This document shows, in pieces, positions 7,729 through 16,894 of a DNA stretch of 24,467 bases. How positions within the stretch are numbered: the stretch's first letter is position 1; each line of letters opens with the position of its first letter. Source of the DNA: Candidatus Poribacteria bacterium (GTDB lineage: Bacteria; Poribacteria; DTPJ01); contig DTPJ01000363.1 in NCBI GenBank assembly GCA_011334435.1, forward strand, positions 1-24,467, read 5' to 3'. The position numbers and the translations under genes are program-made. The notes under the pieces were generated by a model. It saw only the letters and a program-made list of their open reading frames with translations. It made no database searches and had not been told where the DNA came from.

Positions 7729-10635
7729 CTATATCTGCTTAAATACGCTCACGTGTATTTTTCCGCCTTTATCAGCCTTTAATATCCAGTAATTATTTTC
7801 TTTTGTCGCTTTTATATCTCCGTCAATCTTAATATCGGAAAACTCTTCAGCATTGACAGGAAGTTTGATCACTGCATAAACATCATCAGGCAGATCAACC
7901 TGAATATCAAAGCTATTATCTGTTTTTTGCCACCAAACAGAGATATTTCCCTTAGGAGTTGGCATACGTCCCTTAGCCCAAAGAAGGTCAGCAGGTTCAG
8001 GTGCGATTAGGACTTTGGAAAATCCCGGCTCAATGGGTCTGATCCCTAATTGATATGTGCTTAAAAAATAAGTAGGTGCTGCACTCCAAGCGTGGCAATG
8101 GCTACGAGTCCAACGACTTGATGGCTCATATCCTGGGAATGTCTCCCAGCAGGTAGTAGCGTCTTTATCAAGCATAAATCCCCAATGCTTGCGTGAAAGA
8201 TCAAGTATCTTCTGAAAATCGCCTGTTTTAGCCAACGCCTCAAATGTGAAGAACATCATAAATGGGCTTCCAATCCTTACAAATCCATCAGGTGCAGAAG
8301 CTATGTATTGCTGTATTATCTCTTTTCTGTCATCAGTAGCACAGTCACAGAGAAAGACTACGGTATTGGTCTGTTGACTGACAACGGGACTGAGTGTGCC
8401 ATCTGCTCTTATACAATCTATGTAAGCCTGTCTTTCATCGCTCCAAAGCCGTTTATTTATCCCAATTTTTACTTTTTCAGCAATTTTGAGATAACGATCA
8501 GCGTCAGAATCTTTGCCGAGTATCTTTGCAACTTTGGCGGTTCTGCGATATGCCTCTACAAGCCATGCGTTTTGATGTGTTATAATACCTGATCCGGGCG
8601 TATCCATAGGTGCCCAATCAAGCATGTTCCAAGCCTCTATTTCAAGGAGATCGTCACCGTTAAGCATTTTTTCACAATTGTTAGCCTGTTTAGCCATATA
8701 TGGATATATTTCTTTTAAGAAGTCCATATCGCCTGTCATTTGATAATATTCCTCACATGCCAAAGCCCAAAGCATGCTCCATGCGGTCAATATATTTTCC
8801 CATCCGCTTGGCACTTGTGACTCTACCAATGGCGATCTGTTCAGGGACTGACCCGCAAGTATTAAGCAATGTCTTGATAATGCGTATTCTCCGAATGCGA
8901 CGTAGTTGACAGCACCTTCATTTCGCGAATCGCCTACCCAAAATGTCTGCTCATAAGTTGGGCAATCAACGTAGGTATCCTCACTACAAAGCCTTGTTGT
9001 ATATCTGCCGATACGCCATATCTGGTTAAGCAGATGATCATTACAGATGAAATCGCCACGATGGATTACAGGATAGGTATTCAGAAGCAAGCGCACTTGA
9101 CGAATCTGCATAGGCTCAGCGAGGTTTCGGATAGTCAATATGAAATATCTACCGCCTCTGCGAATAACTGAATGAAATTTTTGCCAACCAGATCGGGTTA
9201 TATATCGCATAACGTTATTCATTCCCCATGTGTAATCAAGGACGCCATCTTGATAAGATTCAAATCCGAGCCAATCCATTATAACACCTTCTGGGGCATC
9301 TACCTCAAATTCAAGGAATCCGACAGCCATTTTGCCAAAATCAAATATTATCTCAATATCTGATCCATCATCTGTGGGATATATGGTAGTGACGTTATCG
9401 TTCACGGAACACATAGCATTTAGATCATCTATTCGGGGTTTGCCCTGAGCTTGTTTTGCCCAGACAGTAAGATTAAATACATGGGCGCTATTCTCGTCAT
9501 TATGATCTATCGGCTTTAGATATTTTGTATAGGGTTTTAGGTCATCAACGGTTTTAGCGTTCCATACAGATAAGAAATCCTGATCATCGCTTGATGTGAA
9601 AGGTCCAAAAGTGGCAAAATGTGCATTACTGACGAAAGGTGCAGAGGGTTCAAGCATTATCGGCGATTCCACAGGAAAATTAGTAGACCATTCGTGATAT
9701 GTCCCTGTAACATTCCATAACAAAAGATTTTCACCGGGACGAAGCTTAAAATTTACTGTTGACCCTCCTGCCCATCTGCTAAAATAGTCAGGATTTTGTC
9801 CTATATCTTCTCCATTGACACGAAGCGTCCCTGTTGCGTTAACCCATCTGCTTTGATACTTGAATGTAACATCGGTTTCTTGGTCAACTTTTATCGTTGT
9901 GGCTATAAATCCGCAGATTGGACGAGGATTTGCGTCAATATCACCCGGAAGCAAGTTGTTACGAAGGTTCATTGCCCAAACCTGCTTCGGGGGATTGACA
10001 AGTCTGGAAGATATAACAGAAACAGGCGAAATAGGTTCTTCTGTCAGGAAAGGGATCGGTCTTGGGACAAGGTTAGTCCAAGGTTGACAGCCAACGTCGC
10101 CGATCTCTTCCGCATTTTCCCAAGATAGATCATCAAAGCATATATCTTCCCATCCAAGTGGATCAACTCTTGCGTCAAAATGCTCTACCCATGCCTGTTG
10201 ACAGGCAATTCTGGGCGTCCGTCGGTCATAAGATGGGTGTTCGCTAACCTTCCATGAACTATCAGTGATAACGGTTTCCACATCACCATCTAACATCTTT
10301 ATATCTATTTGTGCTAATAACCCTGTCGGTGCAGGGATATATTGGAACGTCCCTATTCCATAATGAGTTACCAAGACTGATATAGCATTGTCTCCAATAT
10401 AAAGCAGGTCGCTAATATCATAAGTGTCATAATGATATGCAAAATGCCAGCTTCGTATAGGACCTTGACCAAGCCTTTTTCCATTCACCCATACGACATA
10501 TCTGGAATCTGCGGTTATATGGAGTTTTGCATCTGTTATGTTTTCATTTAGATCAAACTCTTTCCTCGCACAAAACCAGAAATTCTGAGCTGATTCTTTG
10601 CCTTTAATAGTTATCCATTTTGCTTTCCAGTCCAT
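7729..10635 (-). CDS. Alpha-L-rhamnosidase, GH78 (large multidomain, cytoplasmic)
   Basis: N-terminal LHITADSRYVVWVNG...GQGP; DFGK; catalytic region DCPTYEQTFWVGD (D-x4-E-x6-D spacing as in Bacillus sp. GL1 RhaB); ATTCWE; SHCHAWSAAP; C-terminal PTPKG. RBS GAGG. Confidence 0.93.
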   Translation of the reverse strand: MDWKAKWITIKGKESAQNFWFCARKEFDLNENITDAKLHITADSRYVVWVNGKRLGQGPIRSWHFAYHYDTYDISDLLYIGDNAISVLVTHYGIGTFQYIPAPTGLLAQIDIKMLDGDVETVITDSSWKVSEHPSYDRRTPRIACQQAWVEHFDARVDPLGWEDICFDDLSWENAEEIGDVGCQPWTNLVPRPIPFLTEEPISPVSVISSRLVNPPKQVWAMNLRNNLLPGDIDANPRPICGFIATTIKVDQETDVTFKYQSRWVNATGTLRVNGEDIGQNPDYFSRWAGGSTVNFKLRPGENLLLWNVTGTYHEWSTNFPVESPIMLEPSAPFVSNAHFATFGPFTSSDDQDFLSVWNAKTVDDLKPYTKYLKPIDHNDENSAHVFNLTVWAKQAQGKPRIDDLNAMCSVNDNVTTIYPTDDGSDIEIIFDFGKMAVGFLEFEVDAPEGVIMDWLGFESYQDGVLDYTWGMNNVMRYITRSGWQKFHSVIRRGGRYFILTIRNLAEPMQIRQVRLLLNTYPVIHRGDFICNDHLLNQIWRIGRYTTRLCSEDTYVDCPTYEQTFWVGDSRNEGAVNYVAFGEYALSRHCLILAGQSLNRSPLVESQVPSGWENILTAWSMLWALACEEYYQMTGDMDFLKEIYPYMAKQANNCEKMLNGDDLLEIEAWNMLDWAPMDTPGSGIITHQNAWLVEAYRRTAKVAKILGKDSDADRYLKIAEKVKIGINKRLWSDERQAYIDCIRADGTLSPVVSQQTNTVVFLCDCATDDRKEIIQQYIASAPDGFVRIGSPFMMFFTFEALAKTGDFQKILDLSRKHWGFMLDKDATTCWETFPGYEPSSRWTRSHCHAWSAAPTYFLSTYQLGIRPIEPGFSKVLIAPEPADLLWAKGRMPTPKGNISVWWQKTDNSFDIQVDLPDDVYAVIKLPVNAEEFSDIKIDGDIKATKENNYWILKADKGGKIHVSVFKQI

Positions 10636-10667
10636 ATCTCAACCTCGCAGTAAAAGTCTTAAAAGAC

Positions 10668-10697
10668 ATTGATCTTATAAAATGATTATGATAACAT
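10668..10697 (+). promoter_or_regulatory. Candidate promoter for the GT2-ilvD transcript
   Basis: TTGATC (10668-10673), 18-bp spacer, TG-a-TAACAT (10689-10697). Confidence 0.35.
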
Positions 10698-10732
10698 ACT
10701 AATATCTTTTCTAATTGGCAATTATGATAACA
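10685..10732. repeat. 12-bp direct repeat ATTATGATAACA (two copies, 36-bp period) with a palindromic TTAT-G-ATAA core
   Basis: Exact copies at 10685-10696 and 10721-10732 in the 150-bp divergent intergenic region. Confidence 0.75.
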
Positions 10733-10752
10733 GGAATTGTGTTTAATGTCAA
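10724..10752 (-). promoter_or_regulatory. Sigma70 promoter for the rhamnosidase-SGNH transcript
   Basis: Minus-strand TTGACA (10752-10747), 17-bp spacer, TG-t-TATCAT (10732-10724). Confidence 0.6.
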
Positions 10753-10785
10753 TCATTCGTAATTGAGAAGCAGGAGAAAAGCTTT

Positions 10786-11931
10786 TTGACTCTAATATCT
10801 TATGTATTAATATCATTGACATTTGTATATTTTATTGTATCTTTAATACTATTTATCGGCACATTAATAATCAAAAAATCGACGAAAATTAATGATAATC
10901 TCCCCTATGTATCAATCATTGTGCCTGCAAAAAATGAGGAAAAAATGATCGGTAGATGTCTTGATTCACTCATAAATCAAGATTATCCTAAAAATAAATA
11001 CGAAATAGTCATCATAAATGACCGATCTACCGATAAAACACAAGAGGTAATTAAACTTTATCAAGAAAAACATTCCATTATCAAAAGTATAGAGATTAAA
11101 GAAAATTTATCAGGACTTACAGGAAAGCAAAATGCGGTCAACGAAGGTTTGAAGATATGCAGGGGCGAAATTATAATGAACATAGATGCTGATTGCATCG
11201 CGAAACCGAAATGGATAAAAAATACTGTCTCTTGCTTCACGCCAAAAACAGGGTTGGTGATGGGATTTAATATTACCTATAATGATAGAAACTCTTTGTC
11301 TGTTTTTGCTGAACTTCAGGCTCTTGACATGCTTTTTTTATTAGATTCTGCTTCTGGCTCTATCGGTGTCGGTGTTCATTCTGGATGTGCGGGAAGCAAC
11401 ATCGCATACCGCAAATCTGTCCTTGACGATGAAAATTTCCAAAAACTCGGTTTTACGATAACAGAGGATACCGCAGTTATACACGCAGTATCTAAAAATC
11501 CCAATTGGGATGTAGCCGTTATGTATGATAAAGATGCGATGGTTATGACCCCAGCAGAGGTAAGTTGGAGAAGATTCATCGCACAACGTATAAGATGGAC
11601 GCTTGGCGGATTAACTACAAAATCATGGATTCTAATTCCATTGTATTTAGCATTTCTGTATCATCTTAGCCTTATAATACTCATACCGCTTGCTTTCTTT
11701 ATAAATTCTTTACAGATAAGTGTTCTACTGTCGTTTTCTATTAAAGCATTCATTGACTTTGTCAGATGTTGGCAGGTATGTAAAAGTTTTAACAGGCTTG
11801 ATCTTTTGAAGTTTTTTATGCTATACGAATTTTTTATGATCTTTTATAGCGTTTTAATAGGTTTTATTAGTCTATTTGTCAGAGAAATTGAATGGAAAGG
11901 CGACATTTATAACATATCTAAGAAGGGATAG
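10786..11931 (+). CDS. Membrane GT2 glycosyltransferase (processive/inverting type)
   Basis: [22 protein letters not shown] (DxD), TED, QRIRW (QxxRW); N- and C-terminal TM helices. TTG start with AGGAG RBS. Confidence 0.9.
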   Translation: MTLISYVLISLTFVYFIVSLILFIGTLIIKKSTKINDNLPYVSIIVPAKNEEKMIGRCLDSLINQDYPKNKYEIVIINDRSTDKTQEVIKLYQEKHSIIKSIEIKENLSGLTGKQNAVNEGLKICRGEIIMNIDADCIAKPKWIKNTVSCFTPKTGLVMGFNITYNDRNSLSVFAELQALDMLFLLDSASGSIGVGVHSGCAGSNIAYRKSVLDDENFQKLGFTITEDTAVIHAVSKNPNWDVAVMYDKDAMVMTPAEVSWRRFIAQRIRWTLGGLTTKSWILIPLYLAFLYHLSLIILIPLAFFINSLQISVLLSFSIKAFIDFVRCWQVCKSFNRLDLLKFFMLYEFFMIFYSVLIGFISLFVREIEWKGDIYNISKKG

Positions 11932-11935
11932 GGAA

Positions 11936-13588
11936 GTGAAACTTCGTAGTAGAGGATCATTATCGGGAATAGACGGCACTTATGCTCGGTCGCTTTACCA
12001 TGCGTCTGGTTACACAAGAGATGATCTGAATAAACCATTGATCGCAATAGCGAACTCTTGGACAGAAGCTAACCCTGGTCATTATCATCTCAGAGAATTA
12101 GCTAAACATGTAAAACAAGGGATTATCTCATCTGGGGGAACGCCTGTTGAATTCAATACTATTGCTCCTTGTGATGGCATTGCACAAGGAAAAGGAATGC
12201 ACTACATTTTGCCTGCCAGAGATATAATTTCAGCATCAGTTGAGTTGATGATACAATCACATCAATTTGATGGCGTTGTGATGATCTGTTCCTGTGACAA
12301 GATAATTCCCGGAATGCTTATGTCAGCGTTAAGATGTGATATTCCAACGATATTTTTGACAGGTGGAACTATGCTTCCATACAGATCAATGGTTGCATGT
12401 GATGTCAAAGAAGCCATCGGTGCATATAAATCACAAAAAATTACAAAACAAGAGTTAGAATATATTGAGGAAAACGCCTGTGGTAGCCCGGGATTATGTA
12501 GTATGATGGGAACTGCAAGCACAATGAGTTGTATTGTTGAAGCTATGGGGCTTTCTATGCCCGGATGTGCTACTATGCCTGCGGTAAGCTCTGCCAAACT
12601 TACATCTGCAAGGCTTGTTGGCAAACAAATTATGAAAATATTGAAAAAGGATTTAACGACTACCCAGATCGTCACAAAAGCCAGTATTATCAACGCAATA
12701 AAGGTAGGAATGAGTATTGGCGGATCAACTAATATGTTGCTCCATATCCCTGCAATTGCAAGAGAAATAGGAATTGATATTCCACTGAGTTTATTTGATG
12801 AGATCAGCAGAAAAACTCCACTTTTGGCAAAATTTAAGCCCGCTTCAAATTATAATTTGCTTGATTTTCATGAAGCTGGCGGTGTTTCAGCTATTATGAA
12901 AGCTTTGGAATCCGTCCTTGACCTTGATTTGATGACTGTTACATGCAAAACTATGCGTGAAAATATAGCAAATGCGAAGATTATGAGACCTGAGGTTATC
13001 CATTCGCTTGACGATCCGATCTCATCAGAAGGCGGAATTGCTGTCCTTTTTGGCAATCTCGCTCCAAATGGTGCAGTCGTCAAACAAAGTGGAATAAACC
13101 CAAAGATGATGGTTCACTCAGGGCAAGCTAAGGTATTTGACAGCGAAGAAGAGGTCAGGGACTATCTATCATCAAAACAGGTTAAGCCCGGTGACGTGCT
13201 TGTTATAAGATATGAGGGACCAAAAGGTGGTCCTGGAATGCGCGAGTTATCCATCCCAGCAGCCTTGTTGATCGGAATGGGATTAGGTGATTCAGTCGCT
13301 ATGATCACAGATGGCAGATACTCAGGTGCATCAAGAGGTCCCTGTATCGGTCATGTCTGTCCCGAAGCAGCAGAAGGCGGAACTATTGCTTTAATTAAAG
13401 ACGGCGACATCATAGATATTGACATACCTAATAGAAAATTAAACGTAAGGTTAAGCGAATCGGAACTTCAAAGTAGAAAAGCCAATTGGAAACCAAAAGA
13501 GCCAAAAGTAAGCGGTGGATTTCTTGATATTTACCGTAAGATCGTCACTGATGCTAACAAAGGTGCAGTGCTGTCAATTGATAAATAG
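11936..13588 (+). CDS. ilvD: Dihydroxy-acid dehydratase, IlvD/Edd family (Fe-S); could be a sugar-acid dehydratase paralog
   Basis: [69 protein letters not shown] at 11936 follows the GT2 stop; the track start at 11876 overlaps GT2. Confidence 0.8.
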   Translation: MKLRSRGSLSGIDGTYARSLYHASGYTRDDLNKPLIAIANSWTEANPGHYHLRELAKHVKQGIISSGGTPVEFNTIAPCDGIAQGKGMHYILPARDIISASVELMIQSHQFDGVVMICSCDKIIPGMLMSALRCDIPTIFLTGGTMLPYRSMVACDVKEAIGAYKSQKITKQELEYIEENACGSPGLCSMMGTASTMSCIVEAMGLSMPGCATMPAVSSAKLTSARLVGKQIMKILKKDLTTTQIVTKASIINAIKVGMSIGGSTNMLLHIPAIAREIGIDIPLSLFDEISRKTPLLAKFKPASNYNLLDFHEAGGVSAIMKALESVLDLDLMTVTCKTMRENIANAKIMRPEVIHSLDDPISSEGGIAVLFGNLAPNGAVVKQSGINPKMMVHSGQAKVFDSEEEVRDYLSSKQVKPGDVLVIRYEGPKGGPGMRELSIPAALLIGMGLGDSVAMITDGRYSGASRGPCIGHVCPEAAEGGTIALIKDGDIIDIDIPNRKLNVRLSESELQSRKANWKPKEPKVSGGFLDIYRKIVTDANKGAVLSIDK

Positions 13589-13596
13589 ATTAATTC

Positions 13597-13626
13597 TTGA
13601 TGAAATTGCCTGATCAATGCTATAAT
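13597..13626 (+). promoter_or_regulatory. Sigma70 promoter with extended -10 for the pentapeptide/channel gene
   Basis: TTGATG (13597-13602), 18-bp spacer, TG-c-TATAAT (13618-13626), followed by RBS AAGGAG and ATG at 13656. Confidence 0.65.
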
Positions 13627-13655
13627 ATCGCATGAGGTAAGGAGATCAGAATTCC

Positions 13656-14918
13656 ATGAATCCCAAAGTTTTTGAGCGACATGGCAATAATATAAATATT
13701 ATCCAAATCTCTGCAGATGAAATCCTTAACTGTATAGTAGAGAGATGCGATATTATAGTTGAATATTCAATAATACAAGGTGATTTGGATATAGAGAAAA
13801 TAAGAAACTTGTTAGATCAGAGCGAAGACTTAAAATCTGTTATCAATAGTAAAATAATCATAAAAAATAGCGAAATACGCGGGAATTTTGATCTATCAAA
13901 CGTTATTTTTACTAATGATGTAATATTTGATTATTGCATATTTAGAGACACTGTGCGATTTGTTTCTAACTCTTTCAATTCTAATGCAAGTTTTAGGACA
14001 GCGGTCTTTGATAGCGAAGTTGATTTTAGCTCAACGATATTTAACGATCAAATAGATTTTATATCATCAACATTTAACAATAATGTAAATTTTGACAAGG
14101 CAATATTCAACCATGATGCTATGTTCAGTGGTTCTACATTTGGATTAGAAGACTATATTACAGAAGCAAATTTCAGCCTCGCAGTCTTTAATGAATATGC
14201 GATATTCAGTTCAGCTTCCTTTAATGGCATCGCAAATTTTAATCATGCAGTTTTCAATGGTTATACACATTTTGCTGGAAGTAGCTTTAATAGAAGTGCA
14301 ACGTTCCTTTGGACAGCTATGAAGCATCCCGCAAATTTTCAAGGTGTCAGATTTTGTGAAGGCAAACTTCGTTCGTTGATCTGGAATCAGATTATCTGTC
14401 CATCTGTAAGCAAAGTAACTTTTGGCAAACTTAAACTACGTAGTTATTCAATAACGGACTTTTCAGAGTTTAACACTGCGACAATAATGGATAGCTCATC
14501 TAATCCATACCTTAAACGTTATATAGATGATGAACAATGGATACGATCATGGCGAGAGAGAAAGCACAAATTCTGGTTCATTTTATGGGAGATCACTTCA
14601 CACTGCGGGAGAAGTTTTAGTCTTTGGGCGATGTGGTCAGCTTTTTTCGCTATATTATTTGCATTTATATATTATTTTGGCTTTGGTGAACAACACTTCA
14701 GCTATAACGTCCAAAAGATGATCGCCGAGGGTAGGCATCCAAATTTTTGGAGCTATCTTTATTATAGCGTTGTAACATTCACAACATTAGGATTTGGTGA
14801 TATTGTGCCGACGACGAATATTGCCCGTCTTGTTGTCGGAACAGAAGTAATTTTAGGATATATAATGCTTGGAGGGCTTATAAGCATCTTTGCTAATAAA
14901 TTAGCAAGACGAAGTTAA
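13656..14918 (+). CDS. Pentapeptide-repeat protein fused to a C-terminal two-TM K+-channel pore (Ion_trans_2)
   Basis: About 11 copies of an 11-residue FxxxAxFxxAx repeat. C-terminal TM1, pore helix and filter YYSVVTFTTLGFGDI, then TM2. Confidence 0.85.
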   Translation: MNPKVFERHGNNINIIQISADEILNCIVERCDIIVEYSIIQGDLDIEKIRNLLDQSEDLKSVINSKIIIKNSEIRGNFDLSNVIFTNDVIFDYCIFRDTVRFVSNSFNSNASFRTAVFDSEVDFSSTIFNDQIDFISSTFNNNVNFDKAIFNHDAMFSGSTFGLEDYITEANFSLAVFNEYAIFSSASFNGIANFNHAVFNGYTHFAGSSFNRSATFLWTAMKHPANFQGVRFCEGKLRSLIWNQIICPSVSKVTFGKLKLRSYSITDFSEFNTATIMDSSSNPYLKRYIDDEQWIRSWRERKHKFWFILWEITSHCGRSFSLWAMWSAFFAILFAFIYYFGFGEQHFSYNVQKMIAEGRHPNFWSYLYYSVVTFTTLGFGDIVPTTNIARLVVGTEVILGYIMLGGLISIFANKLARRS

Positions 14919-14930
14919 TAAATGGTTTTG

Positions 14931-14969
14931 AGTTTTCAGTTGGAAAAGATCATTAAAAAACTGGAAACT
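14931..14969. repeat. 11-bp imperfect inverted repeat with 17-nt spacer upstream of the rhamnulokinase RBS
   Basis: AGTTTTCAGTT (14931-14941) and AACTGGAAACT (14959-14969); one T:G pair. Confidence 0.5.
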
Positions 14970-14984
14970 GCATAGGAGATAAAA

Positions 14985-16478
14985 ATGATAGGAGATTCAA
15001 GGTTTATAGCTTTTGACATGGGGGCAGAAAGTGGGCGTGCTGTTTTAGGCTCTTTCAATAACGATAGATTAACACTTGAAGAGATTCATCGCTTTCTTAA
15101 CACACCTGTTAAAGTCTTTGATAGTTTGCATTGGGACGTGTTACAGATGTTTCAAGAGATGAAGAAATCTCTTGACATTTGCGTCCAAAAATACGGACCA
15201 AAATTAGATGGTATCGGTTTTGATACATGGGGAGTTGATTTTGCCCTTATTGGGAGAGACGATAGCATACTCGGATACCCATATCATTATCGTGACAAAC
15301 GCACTGATGGTATGATGGAAAAGGCTTTTAGCATAGTCCCAAAAGAGGAGATATTCCGAATAACTGGTATCCAATTTATGAAGCTAAACACGCTTTATCA
15401 ATTATTAGCGATGTCACTGGCAAAATCACCTATACTTGAGTCCGCAGATAAATTGCTTATGATGCCCGATCTGTTTAACTTTTTATTCACAGGCAAAAAA
15501 GTATCGGAGTTCACTATCGCGACGACGACGCAATTTTATGATCCGATAAAGAAGAGTTGGTCCAAAGAGTTATTTGATAAGCTTGGATTACCTTTCCATA
15601 TCTTGCCTGAGATTGTATCACCGGGAACGGTTTTAGCACCTTTGTATCCATCAATAAGAGATGAGGTTGGATTAGGAGATGTGCCAGTTATCGCCCCTGC
15701 TTGTCATGATACTGGTTCTGCGGTTGCTGCTGTCCCTGCGAAAGACGACAAATGGGCATATATAAGCTCGGGGACATGGTCGCTAATGGGTGCTGAAATT
15801 CCTAAACCGATCATAAACGATTCATCGCTTAAATACAATTTCACAAATGAAGGCGGAGTCAATAATAGCATTAGGTTTTTAAAAAATATAATGGGGCTTT
15901 GGCTTGTCCAGCAATGCAGAAGCACTTGGGAAGATGAAGGACAAAGTTATTCGTATTCCGATCTTGTAAAAATGGCAGAATCAGCAAAGCCGTTGGTCTC
16001 AATTATAGAGCCAAATTACGAGCCTTTTTTAAGTCATGGAAACATGCCACTAAGAATTATTGAATTCTGCAAAAATACAGGGCAACCAGTGCCAGAAACT
16101 AAGGGAGCTATTATAAGATGCGCATTAGAAAGCCTTGCATTAAAATATAGATGGGTGCTTGAAAAGTTGGAGGAAATGCTCGGAAAGAAAATAACCACGA
16201 TTCACATAGTAGGTGGAGGATGTCAAAATCAGTTGTTATGTCAGTTTGCCGCAGATGCCACACAACGTCAGGTCATAGCAGGTCCTATTGAGGCGACAGC
16301 TATCGGAAATATCGTAATGCAGGCTATCGCAAGAGGTTATATAAAATCTATTGAAGATGGCAGAGAATTAATAAGAAGATCATTTGAGGTAAAGGTTTAT
16401 GACCCAGGATTTGGGTTAGAATGGGATTCCGCTTATAGTAGATACCTTGAAATTATGGAAAAGACCGTTGGGCTATAA
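14985..16478 (+). CDS. rhaB: Rhamnulokinase (FGGY family; RhaB/FucK-like)
   Basis: IAFDMGAESGRAV, LEEIHRF, GFDTWGVDF, YRDKRT, TGIQFM..NTLYQL, HDTGSA, YISSGTWSLMG, TNEGG, KNIMGLW, IVGGG, GPIEATAIGN. Confidence 0.88.
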   Translation: MIGDSRFIAFDMGAESGRAVLGSFNNDRLTLEEIHRFLNTPVKVFDSLHWDVLQMFQEMKKSLDICVQKYGPKLDGIGFDTWGVDFALIGRDDSILGYPYHYRDKRTDGMMEKAFSIVPKEEIFRITGIQFMKLNTLYQLLAMSLAKSPILESADKLLMMPDLFNFLFTGKKVSEFTIATTTQFYDPIKKSWSKELFDKLGLPFHILPEIVSPGTVLAPLYPSIRDEVGLGDVPVIAPACHDTGSAVAAVPAKDDKWAYISSGTWSLMGAEIPKPIINDSSLKYNFTNEGGVNNSIRFLKNIMGLWLVQQCRSTWEDEGQSYSYSDLVKMAESAKPLVSIIEPNYEPFLSHGNMPLRIIEFCKNTGQPVPETKGAIIRCALESLALKYRWVLEKLEEMLGKKITTIHIVGGGCQNQLLCQFAADATQRQVIAGPIEATAIGNIVMQAIARGYIKSIEDGRELIRRSFEVKVYDPGFGLEWDSAYSRYLEIMEKTVGL

Positions 16479-16667
16479 ATGAGGAACAATTTTGTGAAAA
16501 GTGAACTTATGTGCATTTACATTGAAACTTCAGTATTTGGTGGGAACTTTGATGATGAATTTATGGAATCTACACAAGTATTTTTTGATATGCTTCATCA
16601 AAGGCGATTTATACCTTTAATATCTGATATTTTAATTCAAGAAATTAATAAAGCACCTCAGCAATGA
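16479..16667 (+). pseudogene. Truncated PIN-domain (VapC-like) toxin remnant
   Basis: IYIETSVFGGNFDDEF...LISDILIQEINKAP matches the N-terminal third of the IYIDTSVFGGYFDEEF-type PIN family. It stops after 62 aa and the first catalytic Asp appears as Glu. Confidence 0.7.
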
Positions 16668-16855
16668 AAAAGAAAGTTAAGAATTTTGATTGTATAGAAA
16701 TGAAAAGACATATTCAAGAGAAAATATATGAAGAAACAAGGAATATGAGTAGAGAAGAATATTTAGCTTACATCAAAAAACAAGTTGATGAAAGTTACTT
16801 TGGACAATTACTCAAAAAACATGCTATCTTATATTCCTGTGATAAAAATGAATAA
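16664..16855 (+). CDS. Small putative antitoxin normally paired with the upstream PIN protein
   Basis: MKKKVKNFDCIEMKRHIQEKIYEETRNMSREE pattern; ATGA overlap with the PIN remnant. Confidence 0.65.
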   Translation: MKKKVKNFDCIEMKRHIQEKIYEETRNMSREEYLAYIKKQVDESYFGQLLKKHAILYSCDKNE

Positions 16856-16894
16856 CATACAAAGGAATAGGTTTTTGTAATTATAATGATTTCT

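Noticed and set aside
10680-10698. Fur-box-like match overlapping the first 12-mer repeat
   Set aside because: About 13/19 match in very AT-rich DNA, and the flanking genes are not iron-related.
14890-14907. TTGCTAA-TAAA-TTAGCAA palindrome
   Set aside because: Lies inside the channel coding sequence (FANKLA), is AT-rich and short; probably incidental.
1095-14940. TTTTCAGT recurring in intergenic DNA (1095, 1231, 7660 on the minus strand, 14933)
   Set aside because: AT-rich 8-mer noticed post hoc with no shared flanks; needs genome-wide enrichment statistics before it can be called an operator.
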